Shown one piece after another: positions 36,201 through 48,200 of a stretch of 64,000 nt of DNA. The stretch comes from Heptranchias perlo (Eukaryota): contig NC_090356.1 in NCBI RefSeq assembly GCF_035084215.1, forward strand, positions 23,064,001 through 23,128,000. Direction: 5' to 3'. How positions within the stretch are numbered: position 1 is the first letter of the stretch; the number at the start of each line of letters is the position of its first letter. The notes under the pieces are model-generated. The model saw only the letters and a list, made by a program, of their open reading frames with translations, ran no database searches and had not been told where the DNA came from. The translations under genes were made by a program, and so were the position numbers.

Positions 36201-39200
36201 GGCAATAAATGCTGGCCTTGCCAGCGATGCCCATATCCCATGAACGACTAAAAAAAAAACCCAACTGTTTGACCAAGCCTTTGGTCACCCCTCTTAATAT
36301 CTCCTTCTTTGGTTAGGCATTCTTTTTTTTTTGATTGCTCCTTTGTGAAGCACCTTGAAACATTTTTCTATGTTAAAGGCGCTATATAAATACAAGTTAT
36401 TGTTGTTGGGCTTCTACCTGTCCAGTTTTTTTCAGTGGGCTGACCAGAAATTTCTAAAATGGGAACCAGACATCAAAATAGAAGTCCATTTTGTCCCCAC
36501 TTATGATGTGGGCGACACTAGCTCTTGAGGTTTTCAATGAACTTCCAGAGGAGCAAACATCCGTACTTGAACTCTGATCTTACCCCCTGCCCTAGGCCTA
36601 TTCTGAACCTGTTCAGTGTTAAAAGCTGGAAATTCCACGTTCAATCAACAAGGACATAGCTGCCAGACTGGGCCTGCGGCAAGTGGTGAGCGAACCAACA
36701 CGAGGGAAAAGCTTACTTGACCTCGTCCTCACCAATCTACCTTTTGCAGATGCATCTGTCCATGACAGTATTGGTAGGAGTGACCACCGCACAGTCCTCG
36801 TGGAGATGAAGTCCTGACTTCGCACTGAGGACACCATCCAACGTGTTGTGTGGCACTACCACCGTGCTAAATGGGATAGATTCAGAACAGATCTAGCAGC
36901 TCAAAACTGGGCATCCATGAGGCGCTGTGGGCCATCAGCAGCAGCAGAATTGTATTCCAGCACAATCTGTAACCTCATGGCCCGGCATATTCCTCACTCT
37001 ACCATTACCAACAAGCCAGGGGATCAATCCTGGTTCAATGAGGAGTGTAGAAGAGCATGCCAGGAGCAGCACCAGGCGTATCTAAAAATGAGGTGCCAAC
37101 CTGGTGAAGCTACAACTCAGAACTACATGCATGCTAAACAGCGGAAGCAACATGCTATAGACAGAGCTAAGCAATTCCACAACCAACAGATCAGATCAAA
37201 GCTCTGCAGTCCTGCCACATCCAGTCGTGAATGATGGTGGACAATTAAACAACTAACGGGAGGAGGAGGCTTTGCAAACATCCCCATCCTCAATGATGGC
37301 GGAGTCCAGCACGTGAGTGCAGAAGACAAGGCTGAAGCTTTTGCAACCATCTTCAGCCAGAAGTGCCGAGTGGATGATCCATCTCAGCCTCCTCCCGATA
37401 TCCCCACCATTACAGAATCCAGTCTTCAGCCAATTCGATTCACTCCACGTGATATCAAGAAACGGCTGAGTGCACCGGATACAGCAAAGGCTATGGGCCC
37501 CGACAACATCCCGGCTATAGTGCTGAAGACTTGTGCTCCAGAACTAGCTGCGCCTCTAGCCAAGCTGTTCCAGTACAGCTACAACACTGGCATCTACCTG
37601 ACAATGTGGAAAATTGCCCAGGTATGTCCTGTCCACAAAAAGCAGGACAAATCCAATCCGGCCAATTACCGCCCCATCAGTCTACTCTCAATCATCAGCA
37701 AAGTGATGGAAGGGGTTATCGACAGTGCTATCAAGCGGCACTTACTCACCAATAACCTGCTCACCGATGCTCAGTTTGGGTTCCGCCAGGACCACTCGGC
37801 TCCAGACCTCATTACAGCCTCGTTCCAAACATGGACAAAAGAGCTGAATTCCAGAGGTGAGGTGAGAGTGACTGCCCTTGACATCAAGGCAGCATTTGAC
37901 CGAGTGTGGCACCAAGGAGCCCTCGTAAAATTGAAGTCCTCGGGAATCAGGGGGAAAACTCTCGAGTGGCTGGAGTCATACCTAGCACAAAGGAAGATGG
38001 TAGTGGTTGTTGGAGGCCAATCATCTCAGCCCCAGGGCATTGCTGCAGGAGTTCCTCAGGACAGTGTCTTAGGCCTGACCATCTTCAGCTGCTTCATCAA
38101 TGACCTTCTTCCATCATAAGGTCAGAAATGGGGATGTTCGCTGATGATTGCACAGTGTTCAGTTCCATTCGCAACCCCTCAAATAATGAAGCAGTCCGAG
38201 CCCGATTGCAGCAAGAGCTGGACTACATCCAGGCTTGGGCTCATAAGTGGCAAGTAACATTCGCGCCAGACAAGTGCCAGGCAATGACCATCTCCAACAA
38301 GAGAGAGTCAAATCACCTCCCCTTGACATTCAATGGCATTACCATCGCCGAATCCCCCACCATCAACATCTTGGGGGTCACCATTGACCAGAAACTTAAC
38401 TGGACCAGCCATATAAATACTGTGGCTACAAGAGCAGGTCAGAGGCTGGGTATTCTGCGGCGAGTGACTCACTTCCTGACTCCCCAAAGCCTTTCCACCA
38501 TCTACAAGGCACAAGTCAGGAGTGTGATGGAATACTCTCCACTTGCCTGGATGAGTGCAGCTCCAACAACACTCAAGAAGCTCGACACCAACCAGGACAA
38601 AGCAGCCCGCTTGATTGGCACCCTATCCACCACCCTAAACATTCACTCCCTTCACCACCGGCACACAGTGGCTGCAGTGTGTACCATCCACAGGATGCAC
38701 TGCAGCAACTCGCCAAGGCTTCTTCGACAACACCTCCCAAACCCGCGACCTCTACCACCTAGAAGGACAAGAGCAGCAGGTGCATGGGAACAACACCACC
38801 TGCACGTTCCCCTCCAAGTCACACACCATCCCGACTTGGAAATATATCGCCGTTCCTTCATCGTCGCTGGGTCAAAATCCTGGAACTCCCTTCCTAACAG
38901 CACTGTGTGAGAACCTTCACCACACGGACTGCAGCGGTTCAAGAAGGCGGCTCACCACCACCTTCTCAAGGGCAATTAGGGATGGGCAATAAATGCTGGC
39001 CTCGCCAGTGACGCCCACATCCCATGAACGAATAAATTAAAAAAAACTTGGCACAGCACAGAAAAACCTGAGGGGGAAGAGAGAAAATAAAACGTTGAAG
39101 GTTTGTGGTGACTTACTGTAGAGTCGTCCCCATCCAGTAACGTAGCAAGGATAGTTATTGGGAAGAACATAATTGGCAGGAGGAATGCAGGCAAGCTTAA

Positions 39201-42200
39201 CTTTCTCATTCAGGATTGCAGGCTTTGAGAGCTTGATCAAAGCGATATCATCCCTGTAAAAGAGTAGAAATTCCTGCTTAATGTTCTATCACATAATCAT
39301 TTTTAAAGCATGTTTCCCTTTTACTTGAAATGTTAAGCAATGCTGTTGATTTATAGGGGTACATTTTTCCAGCTGCATTCTGTTCCCATATATGTGATTG
39401 CATCACTCGCATTAATTGGGCTTCATTTTAGCCCCCGCTATCGGGTGCGTTCCTGGCGGGGGGGCTCTGAAAATCGGGGAATCCCGGAGCGGGTCCGGAG
39501 CCCGGCTCCAACCCACCCACTTCTGGGTTCCCCACTGACGCGCCAACGTGCGCGCGCAGCCCCCGCATGTGGGACTCCCGCAGGCAATTAAAGCCGGCGG
39601 GGTGCCACTTGAAAGTATTTATTGTGCTATTTCAGGTCATTAACTGATCTGATTAAGGGATTAGGTGAGGAGGGGTGGGATTTTATAGACAACTAGGACT
39701 GTTTCTTATACTGGGGGAAACACTCCCAGTTGAAATGGACGTGTTGCAGCCATCAGCCTGTGGCAGCTGCAAAGGTCCATTTGACTGGTGGGGGGAGGGG
39801 GGAGACCCTCACTCATTTCAGGAGGCCACTGTGTCACTTGGGACAGAGTTTGGCCTCCACCACCCTCCTCCTGACAAGAAAATTCACCAACTTTCACACT
39901 TACCCCGGGGTCCAGACACATGTACCTACCTTGCGGACCCCCTCAGATGTACATCTTCCGGATGGGGGCCGCCGTAGCTGCAGTCATGACCTCCTCGGAG
40001 GGCGAACAGCATCACCAGCCTCGCCGGCCACGCCGTCTACCTCTGACACGTGGAGCTCCACAACACAGTGCTGTGACACATCCACCTGCACAGCAGAAGG
40101 GAGGGCAACCGCAGAGAGAGATGCGTCGCAGAGGGCACTACCCTCGCCACAGGGTCCACAGACCGAGGCTCAGCTTCCTGGACCTCTCTGAGCAGCAGTG
40201 CACACGGAGGTTCAGAGTCACCCGACATGTAGTCGTGGACATCTGCAGCCTCCTTCATGCCGAGCTGCTCCTGGTTGACCCGAGCACCATCTTCTTTCCT
40301 GTCACTGTCAAAGTCACCACTGCCCTCAACAACTTCTCCTCCGCATCCTTCCAGGGTGCCACCGGGGACATCGCCGACGTCTCCACAAAAGAGCCCTGCA
40401 AATACACCTACACCACTCTGCAGTGACACAATGGGTGTCATCAGTTGTGGGTCTTCATTGCGATCCTCAGGAAAGGGCATTATTGCACAAACCAGACAAG
40501 ATTCGCAAAGACGTGGCAATAGTGGTGCCAATATGATATGTAATGTGAGTTGGTCAGAAATTCAATATAAGTAAAAACCATGACAAACCCTCAAACACCC
40601 TTCTGCATCCCCTTCATGCTCAAGACATGTTTGCCTTACGCTACCTACTGCACATATATGATGCATGCCCTGTGGCTGCAGCACAGGTAGTGGCAGGTTG
40701 AGTGAGGCTGACTGTGAAAGAGATGCACGAGAGGGTGAGTATGAGATAGAGCCATGAGATTGTATGAGGATTGGGTTGAGTGGTAGTGGCGGGATGAGTA
40801 CTGGCGAGGTGAGTAAGTGCAAGTAAGATGAGGATGAGCTTTGAGTGGGTATGAGGGGTGATGTGACAGAGTAGTGTTGGCAGTGCCGAAGGAGATGTGG
40901 GGTGGGGGCAGTGATGTGGCAGATGGAATGTAGGGGAATGAGTAAGTGTACTCACTTTGGCTGACCTACTTAGGTCATTGGAGCGCCTCCTGCACTGTAT
41001 GCAGGTGGGCGATATGTTGGTGGTGCTGGTGACCTCCTCTGCCACCTCGAGCCAGGCCTTCCTGGTGGCAGAGGCAGGCCGCTTCCTCCCGCCCGCCTTC
41101 CCCCTGGGCTGCTCCATGCTGTAATTTTTTCTATTTGTTGCAGCATCTGTCAGTGGAGGACTGCCCCTTTAAATAGAGCTCCTCCAGCTGACAGATCTTA
41201 CTGCGCATGCGCAGCCCGCCCGACGCGCAGATCAGCAGCGGGGAACCCGGAAGACCAGGTAAGTGGATCCAATTAGGCTGCGATTGCGCGCGGGGCAGAC
41301 TGATTTCACCGGGCGCGTTACCCACGCCGCGAACCCGCAGCCCTGGTAACATCGAGCCCATTGTCTCCGTTCTCTTTTTGTAATGCAGGCGTTTAGTTTA
41401 AACCGTTTAATGCCTGTGTTGAAAAAACGCAGAGAGATTTAGGGGATCATTTTAACCTAACTCGCCGGGCGTGAAAGTGATGGGATCGGGTGGAACGCTG
41501 GTTTTCCACCCTGCCCAATACTACTCTCCACTGACTTCAGCAGAGAGTAAAATTGGGCTGGGTGTAAAATCAGTGTTTTAATGCACCCAATCTTGTCATT
41601 TTTCCGACGGGCTAGGTTAAAATTGCTCCGTTAGTGCGTGATAAAACATTTGTATGAGAGCAGCTCCAATACCCTACGAAAATTAGACTCAATGGAAAGA
41701 GGAGTAATTATGAGAACAGAAGAACGCAATCAACAGGGCTTCCCTGATGGCTCAGCAAGTTTATCCAGTGATTAGATGAACCCTACAGACCAAGAAGCTT
41801 CTAGGTTTGATCCAGGGTGGGGGGGTTGAATGTCTGACTGCAGGGTTCTCCCGATTGCCTGCCATGACTTTGGTGGAAAAGCTATGGAGACCCTGAGAAA
41901 CATAAAAACGGACTGTAAAAGCTTCTATAGGTTTGTTAAAAGGAAAAGACTGGCGAAGGCAAATGTTGGTCCCTTACAGACAGAGACGGGAGGATTTATA
42001 ATGGGGAATAAGGAAATGGCAGAGAAATTAAGCAAATACTTTGGTGTCTGTATTCACGGAAGATTACACAAGAAACTTCCCAGAACTACTAGAGAACCAA
42101 GGGTCTGGTGAGAATGAGGAACTGAAAGAAATTAGTATTAGTGAAAAAATAGTACTCGAGGAATTAATGGGACTAAAAGGGCCAAAATCTCAAAAGGACT

Positions 42201-45200
42201 AAAATCCTAAGGACTTGATGATCAACATCCCAGACTTTTGAAAGAGGTGGCTATAGAGATAGTGGATGCATTGGTTGTCATCTTCCAAAATTCTATAGAT
42301 TCTGGAATGGTTCCTGCAGATTGGAGGGTAGCAAATGTAACCCACCTATTTAAAAAAGGAGGGAGAGAGAAAACAGGGAACTACAGACCGGGTAGCCTGA
42401 CATCAGTAGTAGGGAAAATGCTAGAATCTATTATAAAGGATGTGATAACAGGACATTTAGAAAATAATAATCGGATTTGGCAGAGTGAACATGGATTTAT
42501 GAAAGGGAAATCATGTTTGACAAACCTATTGGAGTTCTTTGAGGATGTAACTAGTAGAATAAATAAGGGGGAACCAGTGGATGTGGTGTATTTGGATTTT
42601 CACAAGGCTTTCGATAAGGTCCCACACAGGAGGTTAGGAACATAGGAACATAGGAACAGGAGTAGGCCATTCAGCCCCTCGTGCCTGCTCCACCATTTGA
42701 TAAGATCATGGCTGATCTGTGATCTAACTCCATATACCTGCCTTTGGTCCATATCCCTTAATACCTTTGGTTGCCAAAAAGCTATCTATCTCAGATTTAA
42801 ATTTAGCAATTGAGCTAGTATCAATTGCCGTTTGCGGAAGAGAGTTCCAAACTTCTACAACCCTTTGTGTGTAGTTGGTGAACAAAGTTAGAGCACATGG
42901 AATTGGGGGTAATATACTGGCCTGGATTGAGAATTGGTTAACAGACAGAAAACAGAGAGTAGGAATAATCGGGTCTTTTTCAGGTTGGCAGACTGTGACT
43001 AGTGGGGTACTGCAGGGATTGGTGCTTGGGCCCTGGCTATTCACAATCTATTATCAATGATTTGGATGAGGGGACCAAATGTAATATTTCTAAGTTTGCA
43101 GATGACACAAAACTAGGTGGGAATGTGTGTTGTGAGGAGGATGCAAAGAGGCTTCAAGGGGATATAGACAGGCTAAGTGAGTGGGCAAGAACATGGCAGA
43201 TGGAATATAATGTGGAAAAATGTGAAGTTATCCACTTTGGTAGGAAAAACAGAAATGCAGAATATTTTTTAAATGGTGAGAGATTGGGAAATGTTGATGT
43301 TCAAAGGGACCTGGTTGTCCTTGTACATGAGTCATTGAAAGCTAACATGCAGGTGCAGCAAGCAATTAGGAAGGCAAATGGTATGTTGGCCTTTATTACA
43401 AGATGATTTGGGTACAGGAATAAAGATGTCTTACTGCAATTATATAGGGCCTTGGTGAGACCACACCCAGAGTATTGTGTACAATTTTGGTCTCCTTACA
43501 TAAGAAAGGATATACTTGCCACAGAGGGAGTGCAACGAATTCATGGGATGGCGGGATTGTCGTATGAGAGATTGAGTAGACTTGTATTCTCTAAAGTTTA
43601 GAAGAATGAGAGATGATATCTTTGAAACATACAAAATTCTTACAGGGCTCGACACACAGGGAGGATGTTTCCCCTGGCTGGGGAGTCTAGAAATAGGGGT
43701 CACAGTCTCAGATTAAGGGGTAGGCCATTTAGGACTGAGATGAAGAGAAATTTCTTCACTCAGAGGGTGGTGAATCTTTGGAATTCTCTACCCCAGAGGG
43801 CCGTGGAGGCTCAGTCATTGAGTACATTCAAAACAGAGATTGATAGATTCTAGATATTAAAGGCATCAAGGGATATAGGGATAGTGCAGGAAAATGGCGT
43901 TGAGGTAAAAGATCAGCCATGATCTTGTTGAATGGCGGAGCAGGCTCAAGGGGCCAGACGGCCTACTCCTGCTCCTATTTCTTTTGTTCTTTACGCTGTT
44001 TTTCTGGGGTTTCCCAGACTCTTACAGTGAAATTATGGTGCACGAGCAGCAGATTTCCCAATGAAATTCACCCCCCATGCTCTGCTGAGCCAGGTGGTAG
44101 GGATCGACTTTGACTTTGGCACCCCTGAACTAGGAAAGGGAAATGGGCCCTGATGCTCACTCCTGATAGCTGTCAAGTGACCCCTGCAAGAATTATGTGT
44201 GTGTGGACTCTGGGTGACAACAAGATTGGGCTCCTTGCCTTCCTGGCTCCACAATAAGGTAAGTAAAAGAAGTGGAACTTACATTTTGGGTGGTAGCCCC
44301 CAGTGGTCCCTTTAAGGATTGCTGATTTGGCTGCTGACCGCCTGAAGAAACTGAACGCAGCGCACATGGCGCCTGCTGCCGACATTCACAGACCAATTTG
44401 GCAAAGGGCTTGAAACAGGCGTTAGGCCCCCGATTTGCATATGCAATAAACCTAACACCATTTTCAGGCCTATTGAGCAGCCCTAACCAATATGGCGGCT
44501 GGTGCACTTCCAGCACGGAATAAACACTTGCACACCGCCCACCATTTTGGAACCTTAGCCGCCCATTTTACTGTTATTTGACTGTAAAGTATAAACTAGT
44601 TATTCTAACCTTGCGCAGATCATCGGTGAAGATACATTTAGAATATTATGTGCAGTTCATGCGCCCTAACCTCAAAAGGACATTAATGGGGTCGGAGAAG
44701 AGCAACTAGGGTGATTTAAAGTCATGAAGAGAGGCTCACAGAACTGAACTTGTTTTTTCTCTGTAGAAAAGAAAGTAGAGCGGGGATTTGATCCATTTCT
44801 TTAAGATGCAGAGAGGCAGAGGTGATTTAGATGAAACTGAGTTATTTCATTTTTAATTGTGAGCATGAGAACCAGAAGAGAAGATTAAAGTCAACTATCC
44901 TCAAGTAAGACTGGAGATGGGAAGGAATTTTTTTTCTGTCCCAGAGTACTGGCTTTTTGGAGTAGACAGTAAACAAAAAGATCCAAAGGTTTAATATAAA
45001 TCGTGTGGCGATTGACAAAGATCTGGATAATATCTGGTTAGGATTGAGAGTTATAGGGATAAGTGCAGATACAGATAATTGGGGTAGAAATTGTTCGCAT
45101 TGCACCTGTTTTTCAAGCTCAAAATGGGTGCAAAACATAATTTAGCAATGAGATAGCCTGTAGATGAGGCCCGAGGCCTAATTTCGAGACGGCCTCAACC

Positions 45201-48200
45201 AACCGCGCCATGCCGAGTTTGACGACTCAACAGAGTCTGGGGGTGTGGGGGAGGCAATTGGGAGGAGGGCTATTTATTTGTTTGTTTAAACGGAACAAAT
45301 TGGTGAGTATGAAATATAAGCACAATTAGAATTGAGTTGCCTGAATTACGACTAGGGTTGCCAATCCTCCAGGATTGTCCTGGAGTCGCCGGGAATTACA
45401 GATGAATCTCCGGAAGCAAACCGGAAGAAAAATTAACAGGGTGTTAAAAAAATTGTGTGTTTTGTTTCAGTTGAAGGTGAGAAAAAAAGACTGTTTGACT
45501 GACAATCAACAATTATCCCAATGAGTTACGAAGAGTCTGTTTGTTTTACAATGGGCATGGGAAGGCTTTGCGCTGCGAGGATTGATGTGTCAGGCGACCG
45601 ATGGCGGGAGCACGGGGGCGGGGAGGTTGGAGGTGAGAGGTCATATGATGAAACCTCCTGGGTTACGTCCAACCAGAGTTGGCAACCCTAGCTATGAGGG
45701 CTGATTGCCTGAGCTTGGAGTGTGTTATGTGGCCAGCGTACTACAGTTCAACACATCTCCTTTAGGTTATAGTCCAACAGTTTTATTTGAAAATCAAAAG
45801 CTTTCGGAGGCTTTCTCCTTCGTCAGCTTGTGATTTTCAAATGAAACTGTTGGACTATAACCTGGTGTTGTAAGATTCCTTACATTTGTCCACCCCAGTC
45901 CATCACCGGCATCTCCACATCACATCTCCTTTATAGAAGAGAGGGCCAGAGGAGAGAATGATGCATGTAGATCCAGTTTGCAGATAATTTATGTTCACTA
46001 AGAGGCAGCTAATGCATTTAATAGCCGGTGAGTGGATCTATTTACGGGCTATTAAACCCACAAATTGCTGCTTTGTCACAGCCAGTCCTGCAAAGGGGCC
46101 AGTCCTGATCAAGGCTAGTCCTGATCGAGGATTGTTAACTTATCTTTCGAAGTTTTGCTTTATATTGGTGCCACTTTAATTTGGATTCTGGGAGACCAGC
46201 ATCCATGAGCTGGCTATTTACACGCCTAAATCCAGCTCCCTTATTTAACAGGGATTTCCAGTCTCCCAGAAACCAAATTAAAAAGGTACCATTTTAAAAG
46301 CAGCTTGTATTTCAGTGCTGGCTTTGGTACACGGGCCTTCAAGTACTGTGTTTCCCCCAATTCCACTTCCACCTGCCATCATTCTCCATCATGGATAGAT
46401 TTTTGTTAGCCAAGGGTATTAAGGGTTACAGAACCAAGGCAGGTGGATGGAGTTAAGATACAGATCAGCCAGGATCTAATTGAATGGTGGAACAGGCTCG
46501 AGGGGCTGAATGGCCTACTCCCGTTCCTATATTCCAATCAGGCAGAAGTGGAACCAGAGAATCAGGTGGCAGCTCCTAAGACCTACAAGAAGATGCGTTT
46601 CTGGTGCCAGCGGAGCAAGGAAAATCAGGCCGTCGATTCCATGAACTGTGGTCGGCACTGACAGGAATGCATTTTTACAGCAGGTTGCAGTTTATAAATG
46701 TAAAAGACTTGCTTTCTCATTCAGGTTTTCACTGACCTGCTGTGAATTTTAATTGCTGGTTACAGAAGTTTTAAAATCGATAAATAATCTATCATCGCTG
46801 AAGTGGCAATATTAATTTTGCTTTGAATAATAATTTACAATTCTTATAGCTTTCCTACAATAAACAGTGGTGCATGATGTATTGAAACAAGCAAGAACAT
46901 ATTAAAAATTTGCAACGATAATGAGTAGATACTTGCATAGATGCTGGGACTTACCCACATGCAATACAGTTTATATTCCATCCAGGGTGAACGACGATTT
47001 TGGAAGGACTTATAACCTGCTCTCCACCCTCATTAACATCCCTGTCGTACTCTCCCAGTACCACACGGTAAGACCGTCCCGAGCTATGAACAAAGAACAG
47101 AGTAAAATCTGAATCATGTTTACTTCAGGGATATATCGAATCTTCGGAGGAAGGAAGAAAACAATTTGATAGGGCAGTCGTACTCACGAGATACAGTGGC
47201 CTGCTGTCATAACCCAATCTGCGGCAATTAGAGTTCCACCACAAGTGTGAGAAAATGAACTGCCACGTCCGACTTGCAAAGAAATCTAACAGTAAACAAA
47301 ATTATAGGTTAGGGTTTCACTTCTCTAACATATTGTCCTATGCATGTTTTTCTTACCTGATGGGTGATCCTCATCGCTGATGCTTCCCTCACCTCTAGCT
47401 TTCTAACCTCTCTTTCTTGTCTCTTTTTCTCTCTCTGGTAAAAGCTTCTCTGTGCTTTCCCCTCTTGTTTCTCCCAGGTGTTGGCTTGGCTCAATTAGTA
47501 GCGGTCTTGCTTCTGAGGCAGAGTTGATGGGTTCAAGGCCCATTCCAGGACCTGAGCACATAATCAAGGCTGACACATCAGTGCTGTACTGAGGGGGCAC
47601 TGCGCTGTCAGGGATGCTGCTCTTTTGGGTGTGACCTGAAAGTGAGGCCCTGTCTGCCTGTTCCAATGGCTGTAAAATATCCCATGTATAGAAGAGCAGG
47701 GTTTTCTCCTAGTGCCCTGACTGACATAGCTTCCTCAGCCACCACCAAAAACAGATTAACTGGTCAACTGATTTGCTGCTTGCTGTTTGCAAATTGGCTG
47801 CTGTGTTTGCCGACATAACAACAGTGAATGCACGTCAAAAATAATTTATTGGTTGTGAATCACTTTGAGGTATCCTGAGGATGTAATAAAGTGCTATATA
47901 AATGCAGGTTCTTTCTGCCTTTCCTAAGCTCCAAATCCAGCACCCTATGTACTATTGCTCCTCCCTGTATGCACACTCTGCTGACGTTAATACTCATCCA
48001 CATTTCCTTCTCTAACTCAACCTTTCCCAGAGCCTCAGATCTGTGGAACTCATTGCTTTCCTCAGTTTTCCCTTCCTTTACAACCTACAGGCTTTTAACA
48101 CTTAAACTTGATGGTCATCCAAGCGTGACTATTTGATTTACCTCACCATCTCCCCAACTCTTTTCAACCTTCGTGCCGGCCTGCACCTGTGGGCCTCAGC

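Noticed and set aside
36650-39047. Active or domesticated reverse transcriptase gene
   Set aside because: It is 5'-truncated, with in-frame stops and a frameshift; an ordinary dead LINE copy.
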